DNA of 64,000 nucleotides. It comes from an uncultured Planctomycetaceae bacterium (GTDB lineage: Bacteria > Planctomycetota > Planctomycetia > Pirellulales > PALSA-1355). The stretch's first letter is position 1. Each line of letters begins with the position of its first letter. The notes beneath the pieces were generated by a model that was not told the origin of the DNA, did not search any database, and worked only from the letters and a program-made list of their open reading frames with translations. This document shows, piece by piece, positions 21,354 to 32,422 of the stretch. Both the position numbers and the translations under genes were made by a program. The stretch lies in assembly GCA_963785305.1 (NCBI GenBank), contig CAWAUV010000009.1, positions 416,001 through 480,000 on the forward strand, read 5' to 3'.

Positions 21354-23883
21354 TTAATACGGTCCCAAAAATCGCTCGCCATTAAAATGAATCATGTGTG
21401 ATGGGGCGTCTGCGACCCAAACTTCGGTTTCCCACGAAATATCGCCGAGAAAGCGGACCATTGCGCTGCGATCCATGAACGCCGTTACATAAACGAGAGG
21501 AGCCGATGACTTGGTGAATAGCCGCTTCAGCTCGTCACGGCGCTTTCCGTCGACGGGGCCGTGGCTGGTCACCGCCTCGACGAGAACAAGCCAGTTCTTT
21601 TCGATGTGATGGATCACAACGTCCGGCATTTTGCCGTGGGAGTCGACCGTTACCCCAAGTGCATCGAGTGCTGGCTTGTTGAAATACGCGTACTTCTCCT
21701 CCGTGTCGCCGATATAGATCGGTGCTCCGCCCGGGGTAAAGCGTGGGCAGAACTCATGGATGATTTGTTCGACAAGGACATTCTGGCCGCCAGGGGAAAG
21801 TTCGATCTGCTCTCCGGTCGGAAGCTTGAGCGGTATTTTCGACATTTGGCGTTCGCGGGCGTATCGGACCTTCAGGGTCTCGACCGTGGAGAGCCAGTCT
21901 TGCAAAAACTTGTCCCACTTCCTCGTCCCATAGGCTCGCAACGCATCGAGCAATAGTGGAGCTATCTGATATACGGCTTTGGGTGAATTCACCGGGCGGT
22001 CAGGCTTGTCAGGGTTGTAAAGCGATATCGCGGCCTCGACGAACTGATGCATTGTCTGGCGTCGAAACGTTTCGCGAGAGTTCGGCGCGTAGGTCGTTCC
22101 GTAGTGCTCCTTCGCGAAGTCCATGATGGGCGTAATGCCCATAAGGGGCGAGGATGCATCCGGCCAAGCGGTATCCGGCTTAATCTCAGCAAGGGCAAGA
22201 AGCGTTAACGCTGAGCGGTCATTCTGCTGGGCACGTGGTAGTCCCAGCAGCTTGAGTATTGCAAGAGCTTCGTCGATTCGCTTTCGTGCGTTCAAGGGGT
22301 CCGCGGTGTCTTTGGCCACGTCGGTAAGTTCCTTTGCAATGAGTTGGTCAATGTTCTCCTGCGGCGACAACGAACCTTTAGCAGAGCGGCCGATCCGTTC
22401 AAGCGTTTCTCGATTGGGGTAAGGCAAATTGCGAAGGTCAGAAGCGTTGACTTGCGTGTGGCCACTGAATTGTCGGAAGTAAGAATCGACCAAACTGGAG
22501 TTCAGGTATGCCGTAAGGCCCTTAGCCAGTGCGAGCGTAAGGCCCTTGCCGCTGTCGTGGAAATAATTTAGGTGGTTCTCGAAGGCAAAGCTGACGTTCG
22601 GCAATTTCTCCGGCCGACAGAGTGCGGCCGATACCCGACGTTTTTCCTCTTTCGCAGAGAACCGTTTGACCAGCACGTAAACGCCAGACGGGACTAGAAG
22701 CGAGTTGGTTTCCTCGGCGATTCGCAGGTAATTGGGCTTTTTCCCTTCCTTCGGCCAAGTAATTTCTCCATCATCGAAGTGTGTTGGGTAAATGAGCGGC
22801 GCGGCATTGCCATTCGATTCGCCGGTTGCTTGGTCATGGATAAGGAATTCCTTGGCACGGAAGTCCACCACCCTTCCCGTTGATACTTGGATGCCAAGGT
22901 CTGGCAGCCCGGCTGTGAAGCTTCGGATGCGCCGGGCAACTTGCCCTTGTAACTCGTCGGGGGCGAGATGGATCACACGCCCTGGGTCATTGTCGGGCAC
23001 GAATTCCTGATAACTCACGTCGCGAGACGAGATGTCCGGGTCGTCAGGACCGTGGGATGTCGAAATAGTCGTGGTTTCATCGGCCGCCGTCGCTTTTACT
23101 GCCCTGAATATGATGTTTTCCTGGAGCACTTCATCTTCGCGGAACGCCGACTTGCGAGACTCGAAGACATGCACACGGGAAATATGAGCCTCTGACAAAA
23201 GCGCTTCGCGGAATGGTCGGAAATATGGTCCGTTGCAAAAACTGCGAGGGGTAATCGCAATTAGTTCACCCCCAGGCCCTAGCAGTTTGAGAACAAGCCA
23301 AAGAAACGCGGTGTAGAGGTTGGTAGTCTCGATTCCCACGTCCCGCAATGCCTGGCGTGCGTCGGAATCGCTGTTTATTTTTCGATATGGCGGATTCAGA
23401 ATCGCGCAATCGAACAACAACGACCGCTTTGCAAATAACGATGGAGGTGCGAGCCAGTCAACGGCTGAAGCGATAAAGTCTTGCTCGATCACCTCGGCAC
23501 TAAATTCCACGCCCTTTTGTCGACATGCGTTGTGGCAAGCTTCGATTGTCTGGCGTAAATACTGCGCGAGTTGGGGATCGATCTCGCATGCGGTCAGGTG
23601 AATTGAGCGGGGTCGTTTCTTGCGGCCAAGTATTTCTTCAATCCATGCGGCACTGAGACTGCCGATGCCGGCACCTGGATCGAGAAGCTTTATATCGGCC
23701 AATGCGGGGCTCGCAAGGCTGGCCATGAACCGGGCAACTGGAGCAGGTGTGAGAAACTGGCCAAGCTCTGCGCTGATCGGCAGCGAGAAATCTTCCAGCA
23801 TCCAGCCGGTAGAATTCTGCCTGATCGACCAGGCCTTGCCAGTTGCTGCCTGGCGAAGCTATTGCCTTTGCCGCCGTTCCCAA
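21354..23883 (-). CDS. Fused type II R-M enzyme: gamma-class N6-adenine methyltransferase + BsuBI/PstI-family endonuclease (5' frameshift near 23770)
   Basis: GQFLTP, LDPGAGIG, NPPY; then APNSRETFRRQTMHQF, HGKMPDVV, VEAVTSHGP and HFNGERFLGPY in one 815-aa frame. Confidence 0.88.
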
Positions 23884-24298
23884 AATCCGCCTCCCTGCCG
23901 CCCGCGGTGCATAGCTCGAATGCCGCCACCAGAATGGGAAGGATTCTACGATCTTCGCAACGGGCTAGCAAGCGTAAGCTGTGGTGCAGTAAAAGGTTCT
24001 GGAAATCGGCCTGGGCTGCAGGTCCGGCATTTGAGTAACGAATAGGCCTAAGCCAAGTTTGCCGTCCCCAAAGTGCAGGCGAAAGCATTCCGCTTCTGTA
24101 AACGCCATTTCCGCCCGGTTACGGGCGATGCCACGGTGCGGGGTAACGTGTGAACTTTGAATGCCCCTCTTCTCGTTCTGCTCGATCATGCGATCAATTC
24201 GAGCCGTTCGCCTATGTACGGGCCTGAAATGGCTAGGAAGTCTTGGTGCATGCGTCTGATAGCCCAAACGCACGCTTGGCGCGGTCTTGAAAAATGCC

Positions 24299-25624
24299 TG
24301 AGGTGCTGACGATTTGACGGACAGGCGATTCCCTAAGGCGTCGGTGTTTGGTTGTTCAGTTGTCGCTCGAATTCAAAGGGCGTGCGGTAGCCCAAGGAGG
24401 AGTGGCGGCGTTCGTGGTTGTAGTAGCGCACGAACTCGGCGATCTCGCCCGCGGCGACGCGCTCGTTTTGATATTCGGTCATTTCCAGTTCGGTCTTGAT
24501 GGTTCCGAAGCACGATTCGATGAATGCATTGTCGTAGCAGTTGTCGGCGCGGCTCATGCTCTGGCGGAAGCCGGCGCGGCGGAGGATGTCGCGGTAACGA
24601 TGGCTCGCGTATTGACCTCCACGGTCGGTGTGATGAATCAGGCTCGTCGAAGGCTGGCGACGACGCACGGCTTGCGTGAGCGCGCGAGCGGTCAGCGCGT
24701 CGGTCATCGATGCGTCCAAGTCCCAACCGATGAGCAACCGCGAGTGGCGATCCATCAGCATCGCCAGATAACAGAACGATCGATCGGCGAGCGGAATGTA
24801 CGTGATGTCGCCGACCCAAAGTTGATTGGTCCGCGTGGTCTCGGGCTCCTCCAGCAACAGGTTCGGGCTGTAGCCCAGGCGATGGCGACTGTCGGTGGTG
24901 CGCGGCTTGAACGACTTCGGCTGAATCGCTTTCAGGCCCTGATTTCGCATGATTTCCGCAGCTTTTCGGGGGCTGCACGCGTGGCCCGCCTCGGTCAACT
25001 CCCAGGCGATTCGTCGGGCGCCGTAGCGTCGTCGATGCTTCCAGAAGATTTCTCGCACCCGCGGCGCCAGTTCCGTGTCGCGCTGTTCACGCGTCGATGG
25101 TTCGGCGCCGCGCCAGGCGTAATACGCGCTGCGCGAAACGTCGAGAATATCGCATACCATCGCGGTAGACGTATGGCTTTCCACGACGATCGGTTCGACG
25201 GCGGCGTACATGTCGCTTATCCGTTGCGGCCGAAAATGGCCAACGCTTTTTTTAAGATGTCACGCTCGCGCTCGACGCGCTGCAGCTCCTGTTCGAGCTG
25301 CCGCACGCGCGCCTCGAGCGAACTCGCCGCCGGCCCGGCCTTGTCGAGCTGCTCGCGCTTCCAGCGGTACAACAAGTTCACGCTCGACAGCCCGAGCCGC
25401 TCGGCCACGGACGCCGCCGAATGCCCATCCAGCAGCATTGCTACCGCTTCACTCTTGAACCCCTCGTCGAATGCCCGCCGCGACCGCGGCCCCGCGGCCC
25501 CCGCGGCCCCGGCGGCGACGAAGCAGGCTTGACGGAACGAATTCGCTTCTTGCTCATCCAGGCTCTCCTCTCCTGGACGCCCATTCTAAGTTGTCCGCCT
25601 GTCCGTCAAATCGTCAGCACCTCA
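24299..25624 (-). mobile_element. IS3-family IS (orfA about 25217-25557, orfB 24333-25211)
   Basis: Perfect 29-bp IRs TGAGGTGCTGACGATTTGACGGACAGGCG; rve core WVGDITYI, HHTDRGGQY, DNAFIES and YNHERRHSSLGY. Confidence 0.95.
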
Positions 25625-25653
25625 GCTATACCAGCAAATGAAAGGGCAAAACG

Positions 25654-26076
25654 ATGAGAACAATCATCATCACCGACAAGCTATCGGACAATGTGGTCTC
25701 TCGGGCATCGGTCGAACGCAGCCAACAAAAATACAAGGAGGGGCTGCGTTCACCGTTCAGGGTTGTACACCAGGGCAAACTGCTCCAAGGATCGTATCTC
25801 CTATCGACCTACATAGGCGGCACGGTAGCCGTTATCACGACTCCACATTGGCTGTGGGCAGGGATGACCGATGAAATGTCGCCTGGAATGCAGCGAATGA
25901 TTCTGAAGAAACACGGCAAAATCGCCAGCCCATTCGCATTCTCCGTGGACAAGAATGGGAACCCGGCATTTATCGACGAACAAATCACGAACGATCAAGC
26001 CGAAGAACAGGCACCTGACGAGCAAAAGCCGTCCATCAGAGATGGGCAGCACAGATTCCGAGGCGGTCTAAACTAG
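25654..26076 (+). CDS. Hypothetical protein
   Basis: 140-aa ORF in a lower-GC segment, no recognisable motif. Confidence 0.45.
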   Translation: MRTIIITDKLSDNVVSRASVERSQQKYKEGLRSPFRVVHQGKLLQGSYLLSTYIGGTVAVITTPHWLWAGMTDEMSPGMQRMILKKHGKIASPFAFSVDKNGNPAFIDEQITNDQAEEQAPDEQKPSIRDGQHRFRGGLN

Positions 26077-26263
26077 GGGACAAAGCGAGGCCATCCTACG
26101 ACACCACGCCCCCAATATCACTCCACCCATACGCCACTTCGATCAACTCCTGCTGGCCGATCTTGATCGGGCCTCGCTCAATTTCTTCCCCTCCCCAAGC
26201 CACATAAGCGGCTCGGCACTCGTTGCCCTCCAAGGCCCAGACGGTCAGGCTCGTGATCGTCCG

Positions 26264-27244
26264 TCACTTGCCCTCGGCACATTGCTTCACAAATCCTTTC
26301 GCCAACTGCACCACCGCAATCTTGTTGTGGTCCCAGGTTTCTGCCGACGACGCTCCGAAATAGAGCCGATCCACGCCGCTCTTTTCGTCCAGGAGCAAAA
26401 ACGGTGTGACGTGCCCGAAGGCATCGAGGTCTTTGCCTGACCTTGGCACGAATACTCCTCGGTCAGTCCAGCCGATTCCATCACGGCTGGTTGCCAGCCG
26501 AGTTCCCTCTCTGGACTCGACCAACATCACCAAAGTCTTGCCGACCCGTTTCACGTCGATACCGCCTGCATCGTGACCGAAAACAGGGTTGCCAGTATGC
26601 CGGTCCCAATGCACACCGTCTTTCGATGTGGCATAGCCGACGTGCCGCTGCGAGTTGTCCGAAAAGGGTACGTTCTTCACAGGGGAATTCGGTGGGAAAT
26701 TCTTCCGGCCATCGAACCACATCTTGAACAAGCCATCTTCATAGATGACTGCCGGTCGTCCGACCGAAAGTGAATCCCAAGCACCAGGTTCCGCCGGGGC
26801 AAGTGCTGTGCCTCGCACGTCCCAATTCAGGCCGTCGTTCGAGGTCGCCACATCAATGCGTTCGATCACATCCGTCTTGGTATGGGTGAAGAACATGAAG
26901 TAGCGGCCATCAACTTTCAGGACGCAAGGATCGTTGACGTGATTAGCCGAGTCGTCCTTCAGCACCACGCTTTTGCGGTCCCAGGTGTGACCGTCCTTTG
27001 ACTCAGCGTAGAAAATCCGATCATGCCCGTCCTTACCTTGGCCTCCGTACCACATCTTGAGCAAGCCACCGTCAGCGAGAACGCATGGGGCGTAAACATT
27101 GCCGCCACCGTGCGGGGCCATATCCAAGACGCCCAAGCCTTCGAGAATGACTTCGGGGGTCAACGACGAATCGTCGGCGAACGACGGCCCAGTGATCGAC
27201 ACGATGAGGGTTAGCACCAGCCCAATCAGATTTATGTTCTTCAT
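26264..27244 (-). CDS. Secreted five-bladed beta-propeller glycoside-hydrolase-like protein
   Basis: Signal peptide; repeated blades P.V...G..KMW(Y/F).G ... YA.S.DG..W. Confidence 0.7.
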   Translation of the reverse strand: MKNINLIGLVLTLIVSITGPSFADDSSLTPEVILEGLGVLDMAPHGGGNVYAPCVLADGGLLKMWYGGQGKDGHDRIFYAESKDGHTWDRKSVVLKDDSANHVNDPCVLKVDGRYFMFFTHTKTDVIERIDVATSNDGLNWDVRGTALAPAEPGAWDSLSVGRPAVIYEDGLFKMWFDGRKNFPPNSPVKNVPFSDNSQRHVGYATSKDGVHWDRHTGNPVFGHDAGGIDVKRVGKTLVMLVESREGTRLATSRDGIGWTDRGVFVPRSGKDLDAFGHVTPFLLLDEKSGVDRLYFGASSAETWDHNKIAVVQLAKGFVKQCAEGK

Positions 27245-27281
27245 GCCGATCACTTCCCCGCCTAGCCAGCCACGACCTGCA

Positions 27282-27800
27282 TCATTTGAGCCCCAGCTTG
27301 ATAGCGACTTCGGTGACCTTCATTGCCGCCATTATTGGCGACATGCGGCGTGTCTTCCGCAGGAATTGAATTGCCTCGTCCCGTTCGCCGGTTCTGACCA
27401 GCCCGTACAATTGCATTTCCCACCGGGAGTCCACTCCAGGTGCGACCGGATGGAGCCACTCGACCCGAATCTTTCCGTCAGGAATGCCGCACGTCAGAAT
27501 TCGCCGCATGTCCTTGGGATATTTTCGTTTCTTGAACTTCACAAGCTCGTCGAGCATGACTTCGATGTCGTTTGACTTGAACTCGTCCCACATCTTTGGA
27601 TTGTCGTCCTCAAATTGCCTCCAGACGGTGCCGTAGCCGTCTCTGCCGTGGTTTAGTCCGAGGCATTCATTCCACGCCACGTTGGCGAAAAACAAGGCGG
27701 CGTGCATCGCCTCCGAAGAATGATCCTCTTCGGGGTTCTTGAGCAGGCTTTCCGCCATCTCCTTCATGATCTCGGACATTTTGCGAGGCTGTCGGGGCAT
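27282..27800 (-). CDS. Hypothetical protein
   Basis: 172-aa ORF with AAGGTG RBS-like site, co-oriented with its neighbours. Confidence 0.65.
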   Translation of the reverse strand: MPRQPRKMSEIMKEMAESLLKNPEEDHSSEAMHAALFFANVAWNECLGLNHGRDGYGTVWRQFEDDNPKMWDEFKSNDIEVMLDELVKFKKRKYPKDMRRILTCGIPDGKIRVEWLHPVAPGVDSRWEMQLYGLVRTGERDEAIQFLRKTRRMSPIMAAMKVTEVAIKLGLK

Positions 27801-27872
27801 CGCTTCACCTTGCTAAAGCAGTCGTTTTTGGGGCCATTGGTCTCACATCACTGTCTGCTTTGTCGCCATCGC

Positions 27873-28841
27873 TCACAACTCTTGCTCCCTCCAATCCGGC
27901 AACCCTTCTCGCATCATCTGGGTGGCTTCGGCCGGATCGAACGCCTCGGGATCGAACGGGCCTCGCCACTCCAGGTACGACTCATGTTCCTCGTGCTTGG
28001 GGTTCGAGATCGCATCGAGGTAATTGTAGTAGCCTCCCATGCCGCCAACGTCCTCGGGCGGACAGGCCAACGATCCTTCGACGCACAACGGGTACTTCTG
28101 GCCCTTCTCCGTTTTGGGGCAGCCCTCGAACAAGATTTCATGCAGCCAACCGTCGCCGAAATCGTACTCGTACTGAAACCGAAATCTTTTCCCATCGGTC
28201 GGAAGGATTTGACTGAGGATCGTCCTGGTCGAATCCTCGAAGTCGTTCATTTCGTCGAAGGTATCGTCCTCCAAGAGATCGGGATCGCCAAATCGTTCAC
28301 CCTTGATGTCGAACTGGTGCAGGTGCGAGTTCGTCCAACCCATCGCTGTCTGGATATGCTCGTGCAGTTTGTCGAGCGTGCAGTCCATGACCTGGATTCT
28401 TCGCCAGATCGGCGGCTTCGAGTCCATCAGCGTGATCTTGAACTGGTAGAGGGTCTTGGTTGGTCGGCGTTTTCTGGGCCGAGCCTTCTTGGTCGGTTCC
28501 GACTTGGCAACGATTTCAGCTTGTACTGAATCGACGACTGATTTGCAAAGCCACAGCAGAGCCGTTCTCCGTCCTGGGTCTGAATTGGGAACGGCACGGG
28601 CGATTGCGTGGCCGAGGGCGAGGGCTTCGGCAATCGTCATGGTCGCATTGGGGTTAGCAAGCAACTTCTTCAGCCCCCTGGGAACGCCATCCAGCATTGC
28701 CAGTAGCTCTCGCCCTGCTGGTGAAAGAACCAAGGTTTCGAGCGGCTTGGAACTGATTCGCAATTCGGTCGCTGCAATGGCGGCTGCATCGAGCCATTCC
28801 ACAAGACTCTCAACGCCGGTTGGTTTCAATTTCTTCTTCAT
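27873..28841 (-). CDS. Plasmid pRiA4b ORF-3 family protein
   Basis: [42 protein letters not shown] and CPPEDVGG. Confidence 0.92.
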   Translation of the reverse strand: MKKKLKPTGVESLVEWLDAAAIAATELRISSKPLETLVLSPAGRELLAMLDGVPRGLKKLLANPNATMTIAEALALGHAIARAVPNSDPGRRTALLWLCKSVVDSVQAEIVAKSEPTKKARPRKRRPTKTLYQFKITLMDSKPPIWRRIQVMDCTLDKLHEHIQTAMGWTNSHLHQFDIKGERFGDPDLLEDDTFDEMNDFEDSTRTILSQILPTDGKRFRFQYEYDFGDGWLHEILFEGCPKTEKGQKYPLCVEGSLACPPEDVGGMGGYYNYLDAISNPKHEEHESYLEWRGPFDPEAFDPAEATQMMREGLPDWREQEL

Positions 28842-30127
28842 CGTGGCACCCGCTTACCGAGACAGCACTTCTTGTACTTCTTGCCAGAGCCGCACGGGCA
28901 AGAGTCGTTTCTTCCGACCTTGGGCTCGAATCGGACGAACGTATCCTCTGGCACGTCATCGAACTCCTCGTCGAGTCCGTCGCCATCAATATCCTCATCT
29001 CGCTCGGCAAAGGTTTCGGCGAGACGTACAAGCGGACTGTCCTTATACCATTCCCGGCGAAATTCAGCGTCGGTCTTGGAGTCTTCCGCCCAAGCATCGA
29101 ACTCGGCGAACGAAACGCCGAGCATTTTGCTTGCAACCAGCAGGTCGTGGCGGACTTCCAGCAATTCAGGAGTCTTCGGTTGGGTCAAAACATACTGCCG
29201 GGCTGGCTCGATGCCTTCGGTGGAGAAGCTCATCAGCAAGGACTGAATCAAATGCCCTCGCAGATCAGCGTCTTGCTCTATTCCAAGCAATTCCACGCAA
29301 GTCTGAACGCTCAAATCCGAATGAATGTCTTCCAACAAGTCCGCCAAGGTCATTCGCTGTCCATGACTTGCTGTCGGATAACGGGCGGCGATCGGTTGGA
29401 CCACCGCATCCGTGCCGATCCGGGTGAGGGCATGAAGGGCTTCCCCAAAAACCCATGTCTCGCAATCGCTCGTTAGATCGAGCAAGTCAGGGATAGCATC
29501 TTCCAGCCGAAGCCGACCAACCATTCGCACGGCCAGAATTTCTTGCCAGTCTTCTCCCTTCCGCCGCACGATCTCCAATACCTGCTCAGCACACGCCTCT
29601 GGGTAACGGGCCAGGAAATCTGCGAGGGCAAAGCCGAATTGCACGTCGTCTTTCTCGGCTTCGTCTTCCTTGTCTTGAGCTTCGCAAAAGCTGTTCAATT
29701 CCTTCCACAGTTCATCGGGAGTGAAAGAGCTTACGGCAAGGCGATGAACGATGACTTCCTTGGATTCGTCGTCCACATTCTTCAGTTCGGCAATCGTCGC
29801 CTCGTGAGGCTTCAGTGCTGCTGGATCGGCATGTCGCAATCCGGCGATGAAGGAGGCGAGAAAAAACTCGCCACGGTCGTCGTCGGCCCTTGCTGACTCG
29901 ATCTGCTGGATGATCCACCCCACTGAGCTTTCGGTTTGCACGAGATCGCTGAGGAAAGAGAACATCTCGAAAGCATCCGAGCCGTATCGCTCGCACGCTT
30001 CGATGACCAGCGGCATGAGCGTGGGATCGTCGGAGTGCGACCGGGAGAAATAAAAGACGGCGGCGTCTCGCAAAACCCTGTCCGGGCTGAGAATTGCTTC
30101 CCTGACTTTCTCGGCTGGCAGTCGCAT
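28838..30127 (-). CDS. HEAT-like repeat protein with C-terminal SEC-C motif
   Basis: [20 protein letters not shown] at the C-terminus; helical repeats. Confidence 0.85.
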   Translation of the reverse strand: MRLPAEKVREAILSPDRVLRDAAVFYFSRSHSDDPTLMPLVIEACERYGSDAFEMFSFLSDLVQTESSVGWIIQQIESARADDDRGEFFLASFIAGLRHADPAALKPHEATIAELKNVDDESKEVIVHRLAVSSFTPDELWKELNSFCEAQDKEDEAEKDDVQFGFALADFLARYPEACAEQVLEIVRRKGEDWQEILAVRMVGRLRLEDAIPDLLDLTSDCETWVFGEALHALTRIGTDAVVQPIAARYPTASHGQRMTLADLLEDIHSDLSVQTCVELLGIEQDADLRGHLIQSLLMSFSTEGIEPARQYVLTQPKTPELLEVRHDLLVASKMLGVSFAEFDAWAEDSKTDAEFRREWYKDSPLVRLAETFAERDEDIDGDGLDEEFDDVPEDTFVRFEPKVGRNDSCPCGSGKKYKKCCLGKRVPR

Positions 30128-30385
30128 CGCCTCCCTCCGTGGCTAAACTCGTGATCGTCGCAAACCGTCGCCATTTTAGGCGATTTCCTGTCCCTTTTGC
30201 AGCGTGGATGGGGACACCCTAAAATCGTCAATCTGGTCGAGATTTACACGGGCGACTTGGGCATTTGGAGCGACTGCGAACCTCGTCCGCCCCGCACTTG
30301 TCACTTCAACGGAAAAATCCGTCGAGTCCAGTCGGTCTGGTTGAGGTTCGGACACTGGAATCGGGCGGCTATTACGGGTGCTTTC

Positions 30386-30660
30386 ATGGGTGCTTCACAT
30401 GATGAGTTCGTCAAATACCCGAGGACTCCGCATCTTTTTGGGTCGAAGGGAACGCCGGATGACAAGCACCTTAGCGAGGCGGAATCGACTCGATTCATCG
30501 CTGATGAGTCGCTGATCGTAGAGGAGAAAATCGACGGCACCAACGTCGGTATTCACTTTACGACGGATGGTCAGATGGTCCTTCAGTGCCGGGGGCACGT
30601 CATCACCGAGGGGATGCACCCGCAATATGACTTGTTCAAACAGTGGGCCTCTGTGAAACG
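30386..30660 (+). pseudogene. RNA ligase family protein, truncated by IS66 copy 2
   Basis: KYPRTPHL and the EEKIDGTN adenylation motif; ends at the IS IR. Confidence 0.85.
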
Positions 30661-31768
30661 GTAACTGTTAAGCCGTGGCGCGGCCTGGCGCGGGGGGGCG
30701 GTGGCGATATTGGCGGGGATCGCGGGCGAGGGGTTTCCGGGGATGGGTCGCGTGGCGGATGGTTTAACTGCTATTGGTGATCGGCAGCGGCAGGGTCTTG
30801 CCTTGCAATTTAGCGCGCACGACTTCGATTCCATACCTTGCGAAGCTCAAACCGTTTTTCGCGCCGGTCGCGATCACGCTCTTGATTCGGGCGAACGCCG
30901 CCGCGCTCCATTCGGTCCGATGCGTGCCGCCATCATTCCTCGCCGCCGCCAGGCTTCGGATGTCGCGTTCGGTTCCGTTGTTGTCGGCCGGAACATTCGC
31001 ATCGTCGAGGAAGGTGAACAATTCGTCCGAGTGCTTGAACAGCCGCCGCCAGATTCGCAAACATTCGCGATGCCGCACGCGCGTCTCGAGCATCAACGTG
31101 TCGAAACGGTTTTGAATCTCGTGTCGGGCCGCGTTGAAAGCTTTTTTGCCGAGCGACTTGCGCTCGTGGCCCAACCGGATCGCGTCTTGAAACAGCGTGA
31201 TCAACGGCTGGATGAAGGCCCGCACGCTCGCCGCCGGCAACGTCTCGCGCAGCTTGTGCAACTCGCGAAGCAAATGGACCAAGCAGCGCTGTTTGCGGCA
31301 GTCGAGCCCGTTGTAGACCGCATAAAAATCGCTGACCAGCGTGCCCGCGAACGATGTGCCCAACGCTCGCTCGAGCACGGCCCGATTGCGATGACGATCG
31401 ATCAGGAACAATGCCAAGCGCGTGTCTCGAAAACACCAGGCCCACGCGGGCAGTCCGTCGATTCGCCAACCGGTCTCATCGCCTTGCACGACCGGCGAAT
31501 TGCGCAAGAGTTCCCAGAGTTTGTCGACCACCGGCTCGAACAAAGCGCCGCCCCAACGCAAATGGCCGAGCAGTTTTCTTGCGCCGCTGCAAAAACTTTT
31601 GGACTTGCTGTTCGAGTTGCTCGACGCGCTTGCGCAGCGTGATATTCTCCGCCAGCAACCGGGCGATTTCCGCTTCCAACTCGGCGATCCGTCGATCTCG
31701 ATCATCCATGATCCAATCAATGTGACCGAAAACCCAATTTCGGGAAAGAGGAAATGCTTAACAGTTAC
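30661..31768 (-). mobile_element. Short IS66-family element, copy 2 (inverted, near-identical to copy 1)
   Basis: Same 13-bp IRs and the same internal junction; scattered substitutions relative to copy 1. Confidence 0.88.
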
Positions 31769-32098
31769 AGTCATGATGCCACGGCCCCAAAACGGCTTCC
31801 CCAGCCAATAACCCATTTCGACTCGGTGGGGATGGTCGCCTCGGAATCCCTCAAGTCCAATCCCGCCGATCAGCTTCTCGGACTCGTCCCTGATGACCCA
31901 TTGGACGTTTTCGCCGGTCAGCTTGGCAGCTTCCTCAACGATCTCGAACCAATGCTCGGCATCAGCGGCCGTGTAGGGATGCGGAATCCTGAGCGTGTTA
32001 GCGTAGATGTCGTGGTCAGAAAGGTACTCGACCAGGGCGTCCTGGTCGGTTCGACGAAACTCGGTCAGGTGGATGCCGTTGGGGAGAACGAGGGACAT
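31769..32098 (-). pseudogene. RimJ/RimL-type GNAT acetyltransferase, truncated by IS66 copy 2
   Basis: IPHPYTAADA, LIGGIG and EMGYWLGKPFWGRGIMT, then IS sequence. Confidence 0.85.
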
Positions 32099-32261
32099 GG
32101 CGGATCGGCAGGAAATTGGTGGGGGGCCGGGCGAGCATTCAGACACCCGGACCTAAGTGGCGGTTCGGTCGGGCACGCCACCGAAATTGCGACCGGGCTC
32201 GGGAGAGCCAAACGACAGGGACCGAAACGAGCCCAGAACTGTACGTTTGGGCGTCCGAATC

Positions 32262-32304
32262 GGTCACAGAAAAGGTCACAGGTTTGTGACCGCTCGTGGT
32301 CACA
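32262..32304. repeat. Four GGTCACA heptamers (putative integrase arm-type sites)
   Basis: Direct copies at 32262, 32274 and 32298; inverted copy at 32285. Confidence 0.55.
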
Positions 32305-32342
32305 AAAAAGCCTTGCCGTAACTACTGTCACGGCAAGGCTTT
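32305..32342 (-). terminator. Intrinsic terminator-like hairpin downstream of tRNA-Pro
   Basis: AAAGCCTTGCCGT ... ACGGCAAGGCTTT inverted repeat followed by a T-run on the minus strand. Confidence 0.75.
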
Positions 32343-32347
32343 AGATG

Positions 32348-32422
32348 TCGGGGCGACATGATTTGAACATGCGACCTCTGCGTCCCGAACGCAGCGCTCT
32401 AGCCAGGCTGAGCTACGCCCCG
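32348..32422 (-). tRNA. tRNA-Pro(CGG)
   Basis: CGGGGCGTAGCTCAGCCTGGCTAGAGCG CTGCG-TTCGGGA-CGCAG ...GTTCAAATC...CGCCCCGA; CCA not encoded. Confidence 0.96.

Noticed and set aside
23965..24273. 102-aa ORF beside IS3
   Set aside because: No recognisable motif or RBS; probably spurious or a remnant.
16997..31768. Intact composite transposon, or simple inversion between the two IS66 copies
   Set aside because: None of the four 8-bp flanks (TTCGCGAG, TTCAATTC, GTGAAACG, AGTCATGA) match each other directly or as reverse complements.
30764..32146. Evolved GNAT-transposase fusion protein
   Set aside because: The junction is exactly at the IS terminal repeat, so this is an insertion read-through (kept only as a low-interest note).
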